Positions 1 to 8,422 of a DNA stretch of 32,000 nt are shown here, one piece after another. Under the pieces are notes generated by a model, which ran no database searches, was not told the DNA's origin, and was given only the letters and a program-made list of their open reading frames with translations. The translations under genes and the position numbers were made by a program. Each line of letters starts with the position of its first letter. The first letter of the stretch is position 1. This DNA comes from Exiguobacterium sp. 9-2 (GTDB taxonomy: Bacteria; Bacillota; Bacilli; Exiguobacteriales; Exiguobacteriaceae): assembly GCF_036287235.1 (NCBI RefSeq), contig NZ_CP142850.1, forward strand, positions 1,163,127 to 1,195,126, read 5' to 3'.

Positions 1-1531
1 CTTGAACGACACGTTCCGACTCGGAGTCGAGACTGGATGTCGCTTCGTCAAGCAACAGAATTTCCGGATCACGGAGGAGTGCACGTGCAATCGCAATTCG
101 TTGGCGTTGACCACCAGACAGTTTGACGCCCCGTTCTCCAATCTCAGTCGCATAACCTTCCGGGAATCGTTCGATGAACGTATCGGCATTCGCCATCCGT
201 GCAGCCGCACGGATTTTGTCTTCACTGATGTCATCTGTCAGACCGTAGACGAGATTGTCACGAATCGTTCCTGATAAGACGGGGGAATCCTGCGCGACAT
301 ATCCGATTGCCTGTCGCCAAGACGATAACGTCAAATCAGAAATGGGTTGATCTCCGAGACGGATTTGTCCTGACGTCGGTTGATAAAATCGCTCAAGTAA
401 CGCAAATAATGTCGTTTTACCGGAGCCACTCGGACCGACGATTGCTGTCGTCTTGCCGCGTGGTAACGTAAAGCTGACATTCTGTAAGATCGACGTCTCA
501 TTGTATCCAAATGACAGGTGTTCGACCGTCACGTCCGTAAACGGACGAGATGCTACAAGCGTTCCAGGTACTTCCGGTGATTCATCGAGAAGCTCAATGA
601 TTCGCTCTGTCGCACCGCGTGCTTTCTGTAACTTCGTGATGAATTCAGTCATCGTCACGAGCGGTGTCATGATTTGGAACAAATAGAGCGAAAAGGCGAC
701 GAGTTCACCCGCCGTGATCTGGTTCGTCGCAACGCGGTAGGCACCAAAACCGATGATCAAGATCAGCATCGTCGTTAGAGTGACGTTAAAGATCGGCAAC
801 AAGAGGGCTTGAATTCGTCCTTCCTTCACACCATATCCGTATAAGTTCTCAATCCGCGTTTTTCCTCGTCCCAGCTCATAGTCTTCTGTTGCTTGTGATT
901 TGACGAGTCGGACCTCACCGAGCATCTCGGCAAAAAAACCGGATAATCCTGCAAGTTCCTTCTGAGTCTCACGAGAAATCTTGTGTAATTTGCGGACGAG
1001 CGGAATGATGATCAACAAGGTCACGGGGACAGCGATGACCATGACGAGCGTCATTTGCCAATCGAGGAAGAATAGGATCGTGATTGCTCCGATGATTGAG
1101 ACGAGTGACGTCAGCAAACGGACGAGTTGTTCCGATAGCAATTGCTGAAGTGTCGTTGCATCACTATTGAGTCGTGAGACGAGCTCACCGGATTTTGTCT
1201 CATCATAGAACGGAATCGATAGCGTCAATAGATGCTTCCATAGAAGCGTTCGTAAATTGGCGACGATCCGTTGACCAACGATCTGTAACCAATAGATCGA
1301 TAAAGCGTTCGCGACGACTTGGACGAGGAAAACGATCACAAATAGACTGATCAATTGTGGTGTCAGTCGATCGACAGTAAAACCATCAATCAACGTCTTT
1401 AAGAACCAAGGAATGGCGAGCGCAGCCAGCGCTTGGATGACGGAGACGGAAACGGCGGCAGATAATAAACCGACCGGTGGTTTCGTTTTTTTCAATAACA
1501 GGTAAAAAGATTGGAACGTCGCAGCGTTCAT
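1..1531 (-). CDS. ABC exporter, fused permease + ATPase (LmrA/BmrA/MsbA-like), 3' end outside the window
   Basis: Reverse strand reads MNAATFQSFYLLLKKTKPPVGLLSAAVSV...; Walker A GPSGSGKTT, signature LSGGQRQR, Walker B ILLLDEATSSLD; open to base 1. Start ATG at 1531. Confidence 0.93.
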   Translation of the reverse strand, partial: MNAATFQSFYLLLKKTKPPVGLLSAAVSVSVIQALAALAIPWFLKTLIDGFTVDRLTPQLISLFVIVFLVQVVANALSIYWLQIVGQRIVANLRTLLWKHLLTLSIPFYDETKSGELVSRLNSDATTLQQLLSEQLVRLLTSLVSIIGAITILFFLDWQMTLVMVIAVPVTLLIIIPLVRKLHKISRETQKELAGLSGFFAEMLGEVRLVKSQATEDYELGRGKTRIENLYGYGVKEGRIQALLLPIFNVTLTTMLILIIGFGAYRVATNQITAGELVAFSLYLFQIMTPLVTMTEFITKLQKARGATERIIELLDESPEVPGTLVASRPFTDVTVEHLSFGYNETSILQNVSFTLPRGKTTAIVGPSGSGKTTLFALLERFYQPTSGQIRLGDQPISDLTLSSWRQAIGYVAQDSPVLSGTIRDNLVYGLTDDISEDKIRAAARMANADTFIERFPEGYATEIGERGVKLSGGQRQRIAIARALLRDPEILLLDEATSSLDSESERVVQ

Positions 1532-1655
1532 TTCAACACATCCTCTCTTTTCTATTGTCCGGAAGAACGAAGAGACGGTCAAATGGGAAGCGCGACTTGA
1601 CAAAAAATCTTTCGATTTGTGACACTGATAGTGGAAACAATAAGGGAGGATTCAA

Positions 1656-2087
1656 ATGTCTATTTTCGTAGATGCGGACGGATGTCCCGTTGTCGATCTT
1701 GTCATTCGACACCGACAGGGACGTGACGTCTTTTTAGTTTGTGATACGGCACACCAGATGATCCGAGAAGGAGCGACGACGATTACCGTCGGACAAGGAC
1801 CAGATGCCGTCGACTATGCGATCGTCAATCGGATGAAACGTGGCGATCTCGTTGTGACCCAGGATTTTGGTCTGGCAGCACTCGTCTTAGCGCGAGGGGG
1901 ACTCGCAATTGATCAAAATGGTCGCCAGTTCACGAACGATAATATCGATTTATTGCTCCACACTCGCCATGTCGGACAACAAATCCGACGAGCAGGCGGG
2001 CGTACGAAGGGACCGAAAAAACGGACGCGTGATGCGGACCGTTCCTTTGAAGAATCATTTCGTACATTAGTGCAAACCAGCATGTAA
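1656..2087 (+). CDS. YaiI/YqxD (DUF188) family protein
   Basis: MSIFVDADGCPVVDLVIRHRQGRDVFLVCDTAHQM... with the typical N-terminal VDADGCPV motif; RBS aagggagg upstream. Confidence 0.9.
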   Translation: MSIFVDADGCPVVDLVIRHRQGRDVFLVCDTAHQMIREGATTITVGQGPDAVDYAIVNRMKRGDLVVTQDFGLAALVLARGGLAIDQNGRQFTNDNIDLLLHTRHVGQQIRRAGGRTKGPKKRTRDADRSFEESFRTLVQTSM

Positions 2088-2170
2088 GGAAGACAGTGCT
2101 GGAACTGTTGATACGGTACGGACCGTGATATAATTTAAAGCATGAATGAAATCAGAAAGGAGGATACACG

Positions 2171-3805
2171 TTGAAACGAATTTTACGCGACCACTCGAAG
2201 GATCGCCCTTACCGATTGCGCCAAGGAACGGTTCCGGCATCAACTGAGGCACGATTCACATCACTCGATCAACGTGAAATCAATCGATTACAACAGAATT
2301 TACGAAACGTCGAAGTGAAATTGAAGCAACGCAATGAAATCATGGAAGCGTTGGCGACACAAAATGTTGAAGCAGCCTGTGAGACTGTCTTGATGATCTT
2401 GTTGCAACTGCTTGAGGTAGAAGAAGGAGCTATCCTCTTGTACCGGCGGGAGCAGTTAAATCATTTCGTCGCACAAGGGATCGACGATATGGAGCTGATC
2501 GAAAAAGATCTCGATCAATATTCGGTCTTGCGTCGCGCATTCGTCATGCGTAAATCGGTCCAATTGCCACTCGGCGACCAGTTCGAGTCAGCAATTCCCG
2601 TGCAGTCTCCAAGCAACGGACAAGTCGTCGGACTGCTATACATCCGCCATGCCTTCGCCCAGTTCAATTTAGAACAAGTCGGGGATTTACTTGATCTATC
2701 ACGAAAACTTGGAATGACGCTTGAACGCCATCTCCTGTTCCATCAAATGGAGCATGAAAAAATCAAGACGTATCAGCTACTCGATTCGATTCGGGAAGCT
2801 GTCCTATATATCGAGAGTAGCGGGGAGCAGATTTATGCGAACCAGGCCTTATTGAATATGTTTCCACCAAAACTCGTCAATCAGGCGCAAGGGTTCCGTC
2901 ACGCGTATGAACGGGCGACGTCGCTGTTTGAACATGTCGATCAGCCGGAAGCACTTCATGATTACATCGGTCAACTGATGAACGGTGATATTCCGGGAGA
3001 AACGATCGAGTTATCGGCATTCAGGGGGAACTTGTTGCTCAGTGCCTACGCTGAACGGATTGCGATTGCGAACGTTGAATGGGGGATGATGCTTGTCTTA
3101 CGTGACGTGACGAAAGACAAGGAGCTCGACCTTAAGCAGGCAGAGTTCGTCTCGATCGTTTCGCACGAGTTGCGGACACCGCTTTCTTCGATCATGGGCT
3201 TCACGGAGTTATTGATGAAACGAGAAGTCGATCCGAAGCGGCAGAAACGCTATTTGCAGACGATTCATTCGGAAACCGTTCGATTGGCGGAATTGATCAA
3301 TGACATCTTGGAAATTCAAAAAGGGGAAGACTCGACACACGGAACACAAAAAGAATTACTTGATTTAAAACAATTGATGTTCGAGATGAAGCCGATGTTC
3401 GATCTTGCGAGTCGCGCACATCGCATCAGTGTCCAATTTAGTCCGGGATCCTATACGATTTCAGCCAGCAGTGAGAAGATGAAACAACTGTTTACGAACT
3501 TGATCATGAACGCGATTAAATATTCGCCCGAAGGCGGCGCGATTCGGATCAAAGGATCAAATCAGTCAGATCAATTACGAATTGAGATTTCAGATGAAGG
3601 GCTTGGTATTCCAGAAAAAGCGCTCCCTTACATCTTTGATAAGTTTTACCGAGCAGATAACTCGGATACGCGCAAAATTGGCGGAACGGGCTTAGGACTC
3701 GCGATTTGTCGGATGATCGTCCTCGATCATGGCGGAGCAATCTCCGTCCAATCGACGGAAGGGGAAGGCAGTACCTTCATCATTCAACTTCCGATCGGCG
3801 TATGA
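2171..3805 (+). CDS. Sensor histidine kinase, cytosolic type with N-terminal GAF-like and PAS-like regions
   Basis: TTG start after RBS aaaggagg; H-box FVSIVSHELRTPLSSIMGF; N-box NLIMNAIKYSP; G-boxes DEGLGIP and GGTGLGLAIC; no obvious TM segments. Confidence 0.93.
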   Translation: MKRILRDHSKDRPYRLRQGTVPASTEARFTSLDQREINRLQQNLRNVEVKLKQRNEIMEALATQNVEAACETVLMILLQLLEVEEGAILLYRREQLNHFVAQGIDDMELIEKDLDQYSVLRRAFVMRKSVQLPLGDQFESAIPVQSPSNGQVVGLLYIRHAFAQFNLEQVGDLLDLSRKLGMTLERHLLFHQMEHEKIKTYQLLDSIREAVLYIESSGEQIYANQALLNMFPPKLVNQAQGFRHAYERATSLFEHVDQPEALHDYIGQLMNGDIPGETIELSAFRGNLLLSAYAERIAIANVEWGMMLVLRDVTKDKELDLKQAEFVSIVSHELRTPLSSIMGFTELLMKREVDPKRQKRYLQTIHSETVRLAELINDILEIQKGEDSTHGTQKELLDLKQLMFEMKPMFDLASRAHRISVQFSPGSYTISASSEKMKQLFTNLIMNAIKYSPEGGAIRIKGSNQSDQLRIEISDEGLGIPEKALPYIFDKFYRADNSDTRKIGGTGLGLAICRMIVLDHGGAISVQSTEGEGSTFIIQLPIGV

Positions 3806-3837
3806 CCGACGACAGACTCAGAAAGGAGGAAGACACG

Positions 3838-5592
3838 GTGAATAACTCACATATTCGTTATGAAGCATTACATCCACTCGTTGAGGAAATTCTTGAAAAG
3901 CTGAGTGAACGAATTGGCGTCAATACGTTATTTTTTGCATTGAACGACTCATACAGCAACTTTGTCGTCAAGGCAATCAATCAAGAACGTCAGTTGATCG
4001 AAGAAGGCTCGACCCATGTCTTCCAACATGTCCTCTGTAAGCTGGTCGTCGATGAGACGGACGGGAAGGTCTCGATCAATGAATTGCTCAACGATCCATT
4101 GACCGTCAATCATCCGGTCACGAAAGCTCTTGGGAACGGTAGCTTTTTAGGAGTAGCGATCAAAAATGCGGAAAATGAAAAAATCGGGACATTATGTGCC
4201 TTTGATGATCAACCATTCGACTTCAAGGAGCAGGATATCGCACTCGTCGAGCGGTATGCGGATATTATTAGTAAATCGATCAACGTCGAAACGTATGTCA
4301 TCAAGGATGCGCTAACAGATGTCTATAACGAACGGTACATGAATCGACTGATCTCAAGTGTGACGATTCATCCTGCTTTCTTAATGGTGTTGAACCTCGA
4401 CCGTTTCCATGCGATTAATGCGACGCATGGGTACCGGGCAGGGAACGAAGTGCTACGCGAAATCGCGAATCGGCTGAAATATGTTCCTTTACCGAATCAT
4501 GTCGTCGGTCGAATGGATGGGAATGAATTCGTCGTCTTAGCAGCACTCGAACAGGAACAGGAATTCGAACAATATGCGGAAGATTACGCTCGCATCGTCA
4601 CGGAAGCGATTGAGCAACCGATCGTTGGTGTTGCAGCCGAACCGATTCAGGTGACGGCATCATCTGGCGTCAGTCTTCTGACCGGTGATATGGCAAGTCG
4701 CCAGACACAAATCTACGCAGCAGAAGCCTTGATGCAACAAGTCAAACAAGAGGGGAAACAGCGAACCTCATTTGTTAATCCAAATCGGAATGCGGAACAG
4801 CATCCATTTGCATCAGTTCTTGAATCAGAGCTTTCGCATGCACTAGAACGGGGACAATTCGAGCTCTACTATCAATGGATCGTTGATGCGAAACAAGAAC
4901 GCTACGTCGCGGTCGAAGCGCTTCTACGCTGGAATCATCCTGTGCTTGGGTTCGTCAGTCCGACGGATTTTATTCCGATTGCCGAGAAGATGGAGATTTT
5001 CCCAGACATCGGTCGATTTACGATCTGTCAGGCGATCCTGGATCAACGGCGCTTGGAGGAGACATTTGGACGTAAGATTTCCGTCGCCGTCAATCTATCG
5101 GCAAGCCAGTTCGAGTCGGATCAACTCTTTTCAGAATTACTGAGACTGACAGAAGAATCGTATTTCCCGGACGAACGACTCATTCTTGAAATACGGGAGG
5201 AAGTATTGCAGACGCGTCGTCGTTTTGCAATCAAACGTTTGGAGCAGCTGCGCCAAGCAGGCTACCGTCTGACGGTCGATCATTTCGGTAGTCACTACGC
5301 GTCACTTAATTCGTTATTGCGTTTACCAGTCCAAGCAGTCAAGCTCGATCCAATCTTTACACGTCGACTCGTGCAAAATCAGTTAGAGCGTTCGATGATT
5401 CGCTCTGTTCATTCCTTGACGTCGACGTTAAACATCGCGCTCGTGATTCAGGAAGTCGAGACCACGTCGCAATTGCAACAGATTCAAGTGTTGGATGAGC
5501 AACTTTATATGCAAGGCTACGAGGTCCATCACCCTCAGCCGATTGAACAATTACTCATCGAGGACATCGTTCGAGGGCGTGCTGAGGTTTAA
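3838..5592 (+). CDS. GAF-GGDEF-EAL domain protein with degenerate active-site motifs
   Basis: GTG start after aaaggagga (the ORF track's 3706 start overlaps the kinase). GAF-like N-terminus; GGDEF position reads GRMDGNEF; EAL region YVAVEALLRWNHP ... LTVDHFGSHYAS ... VIQEVETTSQL. Confidence 0.9.
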   Translation: MNNSHIRYEALHPLVEEILEKLSERIGVNTLFFALNDSYSNFVVKAINQERQLIEEGSTHVFQHVLCKLVVDETDGKVSINELLNDPLTVNHPVTKALGNGSFLGVAIKNAENEKIGTLCAFDDQPFDFKEQDIALVERYADIISKSINVETYVIKDALTDVYNERYMNRLISSVTIHPAFLMVLNLDRFHAINATHGYRAGNEVLREIANRLKYVPLPNHVVGRMDGNEFVVLAALEQEQEFEQYAEDYARIVTEAIEQPIVGVAAEPIQVTASSGVSLLTGDMASRQTQIYAAEALMQQVKQEGKQRTSFVNPNRNAEQHPFASVLESELSHALERGQFELYYQWIVDAKQERYVAVEALLRWNHPVLGFVSPTDFIPIAEKMEIFPDIGRFTICQAILDQRRLEETFGRKISVAVNLSASQFESDQLFSELLRLTEESYFPDERLILEIREEVLQTRRRFAIKRLEQLRQAGYRLTVDHFGSHYASLNSLLRLPVQAVKLDPIFTRRLVQNQLERSMIRSVHSLTSTLNIALVIQEVETTSQLQQIQVLDEQLYMQGYEVHHPQPIEQLLIEDIVRGRAEV

Positions 5593-5611
5593 CCGTTCTT
5601 CAGTCGGGAAT
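5587..5611 (+). promoter_or_regulatory. Candidate SigB-type promoter GTTTAA-N13-GGGAAT
   Basis: gtttaa ccgttcttcagtc gggaat directly upstream of the small acidic ORF; matches the GTTTAA-N12-15-GGGWAW type consensus. Confidence 0.6.
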
Positions 5612-5653
5612 ACATTAAAATGTGGAACAAGTACATTTTAAGGGGGATGCCAA

Positions 5654-5923
5654 ATGGCTGATCAACATGATAAAGAGACGGACCCGATTACTTCAGGAAA
5701 CCGGATGACGAAGGATGAGATTGCCGGACGTGACCCGCAAGACAATACGGAGGTTCCGGAAAAATCGAAGGATGAAAAAGAAACGAAGCATCAAGATCAA
5801 GAAGCTGAGAAAACAGAACGACCAGATGACGAAGCTTCAAGTGAAGAGGCACCCGATTTGTCGCATGCTTCTGATGAAGATGGCGATGTCGAGCCATCCG
5901 ATGAAGAGAACCAACAAGGTTAA
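5654..5923 (+). CDS. Small, highly acidic, probably disordered hypothetical protein (89 aa)
   Basis: MADQHDKETDPITSGNRMTKDEIAGRDPQ...; RBS aaggggg upstream, terminator downstream. Confidence 0.75.
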   Translation: MADQHDKETDPITSGNRMTKDEIAGRDPQDNTEVPEKSKDEKETKHQDQEAEKTERPDDEASSEEAPDLSHASDEDGDVEPSDEENQQG

Positions 5924-5936
5924 AAATGACTAAAAT

Positions 5937-5985
5937 AAAGGGCAATCGATGTCCGGCAGAAATGCCACACGTCGATTGCCCTTTT
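5937..5985. terminator. Rho-independent terminator, probably bidirectional
   Basis: aaagggcaatcga ... tcgattgccctttttt long stem, with a nested ggca-gaaa-tgcc hairpin. Confidence 0.8.
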
Positions 5986-6006
5986 TAATGTATTATTTTT
6001 AAACGG

Positions 6007-6972
6007 TTACTCGCCACTCCCACCGCCATCACTTCCACCATCGAATCCACCGTCAATTCCGCCATCTGTCGCATGTGACGTATCGGTCAAATCAACAGGG
6101 AAGAGCAAGAACGGAGTCGCATCGGCGCTATCCGGCGGAAGAATCGAAGATGGGAAGAGTTGTTGCAGGATCGTTTGTTGACTCAAGTATAATCGGATCG
6201 CCGTCAAATAGACCAAGTCCCTCCGGTACTTAAAACGTAAATCGGAGCGTAACGTCTCTGCCATCTGTTGGAGTGCCGAAGCATGAATGTTGGGGTCGCC
6301 GAGTAGTGCAAGCATTCCGTGGAATGACAGCGGGACATGATGCTTACGATGTAATTTACGGGACGACTCCAATTGCGCGATATAACGATCCCAATCGTCC
6401 TCTGGTAATAAAGAGAATAACAAGGCGACGATATACGTCTGTTGAGCGCGACCGAAACGTCGTTTCAGTCGTTGATAGACTGCTTCAATACGCGAAGCGA
6501 GTTCGTCTAAATCACCGCGTGTCGCAGCATGAAAATAGACGAAGGAGGTCAACAGCGGTGATACGATGAAACGATGCTGTTTTTTAAGAAGAGTGTATAA
6601 CTGAACGGTCCGCTCGAGTACCATGTCTTGTGGAGAAATACGACTAATGAACAGCGCAGTGGAGTAGGCATTCAGGGGATGCGACAAACGATGGGATTTA
6701 AAATAGCCGTGAAGCGACATCATCTCAGCGATGCGGCTCGGTGCATGAGCGTCAAAAGCATGGATTTTTGAAGCGAGCAGCAAAGCCTGCGTAGTTTGCG
6801 TGCGCAATCGTGTCGTTAAATCGTCTGCTGTCTCAAGTAACGTGCTTGCGGATACCTGCTCCGTTCCGATCGTCCGGTCAAATGCCAATTCGATGAGAAT
6901 ACCGTCTTGATACGTTCTGAATTCTGGTGCGATATGATCCAGTTGTCGCAAGAAAGTCGTCGCCATCTCCAT
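6007..6972 (-). CDS. DUF4003-like hypothetical protein with Gly/Asp-rich C-terminal tail
   Basis: 321 aa ORF with RBS ggagga; family assignment from memory of the family style (FxxDQLYxxL-type helical protein); tail GGIDGGFDGGSDGGGSGE. Confidence 0.6.
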   Translation of the reverse strand: MEMATTFLRQLDHIAPEFRTYQDGILIELAFDRTIGTEQVSASTLLETADDLTTRLRTQTTQALLLASKIHAFDAHAPSRIAEMMSLHGYFKSHRLSHPLNAYSTALFISRISPQDMVLERTVQLYTLLKKQHRFIVSPLLTSFVYFHAATRGDLDELASRIEAVYQRLKRRFGRAQQTYIVALLFSLLPEDDWDRYIAQLESSRKLHRKHHVPLSFHGMLALLGDPNIHASALQQMAETLRSDLRFKYRRDLVYLTAIRLYLSQQTILQQLFPSSILPPDSADATPFLLFPVDLTDTSHATDGGIDGGFDGGSDGGGSGE

Positions 6973-7026
6973 GACTGTTCCTCCTCTGTTTTTTCTTATA
7001 GTGTATCACGCAGTGAAAGCGTTATC

Positions 7027-7542
7027 TTATTTTTTTAGTTGGGTATCGATCAATTGTTCCGCTGCACGCCGGTACAGATTACTCATATGAGCCAGCGCTA
7101 AAATCTGTTCCAGTGGATCGGTCGTCGAGGCGGTAAGAGCATCTTGTTCGGTGATGAAACGGGCTGTATTTCGTTCTGTCAGTTCAAGGTAAGTGCGATA
7201 AAAGTCTTCCAGATCGAGTTGATTCTGTTCGATGCCTTCGTTCAAGGGCGTTAGGATCGTCTTGATATCGTTAATCGAAAACGAACTTTTCAACTGATAA
7301 ATCAAGCTAATTAAAATCAAGTGCTCCTTCGTATACTTTTTATTCGTAACCGGAAAAAATAATTTTTTTTTGGCATAATTGTTGATCATCGTCTTCGTCA
7401 GGATTGTCTCATCCGCATTCCGCGTCGTTTCCTCGAATGTTCGCTCAAACAGTTGGATGACTTGATCCATATAAAGATCAATGTTCGGGATATCTGCGAG
7501 CTGTAATTGACGATCATGTCTCGTGTCGTCAGAACGTGTCAT
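7027..7542 (-). CDS. DUF1836-like protein (predicted HTH regulator)
   Basis: ILTKTMINNYAKKKLFFPVTNKKYTKEHLILISLIYQLKSSFSINDIKTIL resembles a MerR-like DUF1836 N-terminal HTH; RBS ggaggtttttt. Confidence 0.8.
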   Translation of the reverse strand: MTRSDDTRHDRQLQLADIPNIDLYMDQVIQLFERTFEETTRNADETILTKTMINNYAKKKLFFPVTNKKYTKEHLILISLIYQLKSSFSINDIKTILTPLNEGIEQNQLDLEDFYRTYLELTERNTARFITEQDALTASTTDPLEQILALAHMSNLYRRAAEQLIDTQLKK

Positions 7543-7654
7543 AAAAAAACCTCCAAAATCGTTAAAATAGGACTTTCTACTTCTTCATCATATGATAGAA
7601 TATGTATATAACGCCATGTAGTATTCAAAACTACATATCAGGGGAGGAACAAAA

Positions 7655-8302
7655 ATGAAAGCTTATATGAGAGAACCGATTAATGGATTAACACATTTGG
7701 GAGGGGCTGTCTTTGCTTTTGTCGGATTACTCGCACTCGTCATTAAAGCATCGTTAGAACGCGGAGCATCACTCGCCATCGTCGCAGCGATTATTTTTGG
7801 GGTCAGCATGATGGCACTCTATGCTGTTTCGGCAACGTATCATATGGTCCTTGCGAGCGACCGGGCGATTGCGATCTGGCGACGATTGGATCACTCGATG
7901 ATTTATTTGTTGATTGCCGGTTCCTACGCACCGTTTTGTCTTGTCAGTCTGAATGGTCCGACGGGTTGGGTCTTGTTTAGCATCGTCATGTTGATTGCTG
8001 TTTCCGGAATTACCTTCAAATTAGTCTGGTTCAACAGTCCACGCTGGTTATCGACGACGCTCTACATCGGAATGGGCTGGATCATGGTCTTTGCGATCAC
8101 ACCACTCGCGCAAGTCTTATCACCGCTCGGCATCGGTCTATTGTTCCTTGGTGGTATCTTCTATACGATCGGTGGCATCATCTATGGATTCAAGCCGCGT
8201 GTCTTATCGTTTAAACATCTCGGATTCCATGAAATCTTCCACATCTTCGTACTACTCGGTAGTCTAGCGCATTTCCTATGTGTCTACTTCTTCGTGTTAT
8301 GA
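7655..8302 (+). CDS. trhA: Hemolysin III / PAQR-family membrane protein (TrhA-like)
   Basis: REPINGLTHLGGAVFAFVGL..., multiple TM segments, ATYHM...RRLDHSMIYLLIAGSYAPFCL, C-terminal HLGFHEIFHIFVLLGSLAHF. Confidence 0.92.
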   Translation: MKAYMREPINGLTHLGGAVFAFVGLLALVIKASLERGASLAIVAAIIFGVSMMALYAVSATYHMVLASDRAIAIWRRLDHSMIYLLIAGSYAPFCLVSLNGPTGWVLFSIVMLIAVSGITFKLVWFNSPRWLSTTLYIGMGWIMVFAITPLAQVLSPLGIGLLFLGGIFYTIGGIIYGFKPRVLSFKHLGFHEIFHIFVLLGSLAHFLCVYFFVL

Positions 8303-8309
8303 TGATGTC

Positions 8310-8341
8310 CTCCTTTAGTCAATGACTGAAGGAGTTTTTTT
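8310..8341 (+). terminator. Rho-independent terminator
   Basis: ctcctttagt-caatg-actgaaggag followed by a T run. Confidence 0.65.
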
Positions 8342-8422
8342 GTATCTATATGGAAAATACAGGAGAAGTCGAGTGTCCTCACGAATGAAAGAACGGAAAG
8401 ATCACGAAAAGGGGGAAATCAC

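Noticed and set aside
2-1671. Plus-strand ORFs 2..274, 453..686 and 1477..1671
   Set aside because: They overlap the strong minus-strand ABC exporter; their translations show no recognisable features.
3706-3837. Upstream start of the GGDEF-EAL ORF overlapping the histidine kinase
   Set aside because: The overlapping part is a shadow of the kinase G-box region; the GTG at 3838 has a clear RBS.
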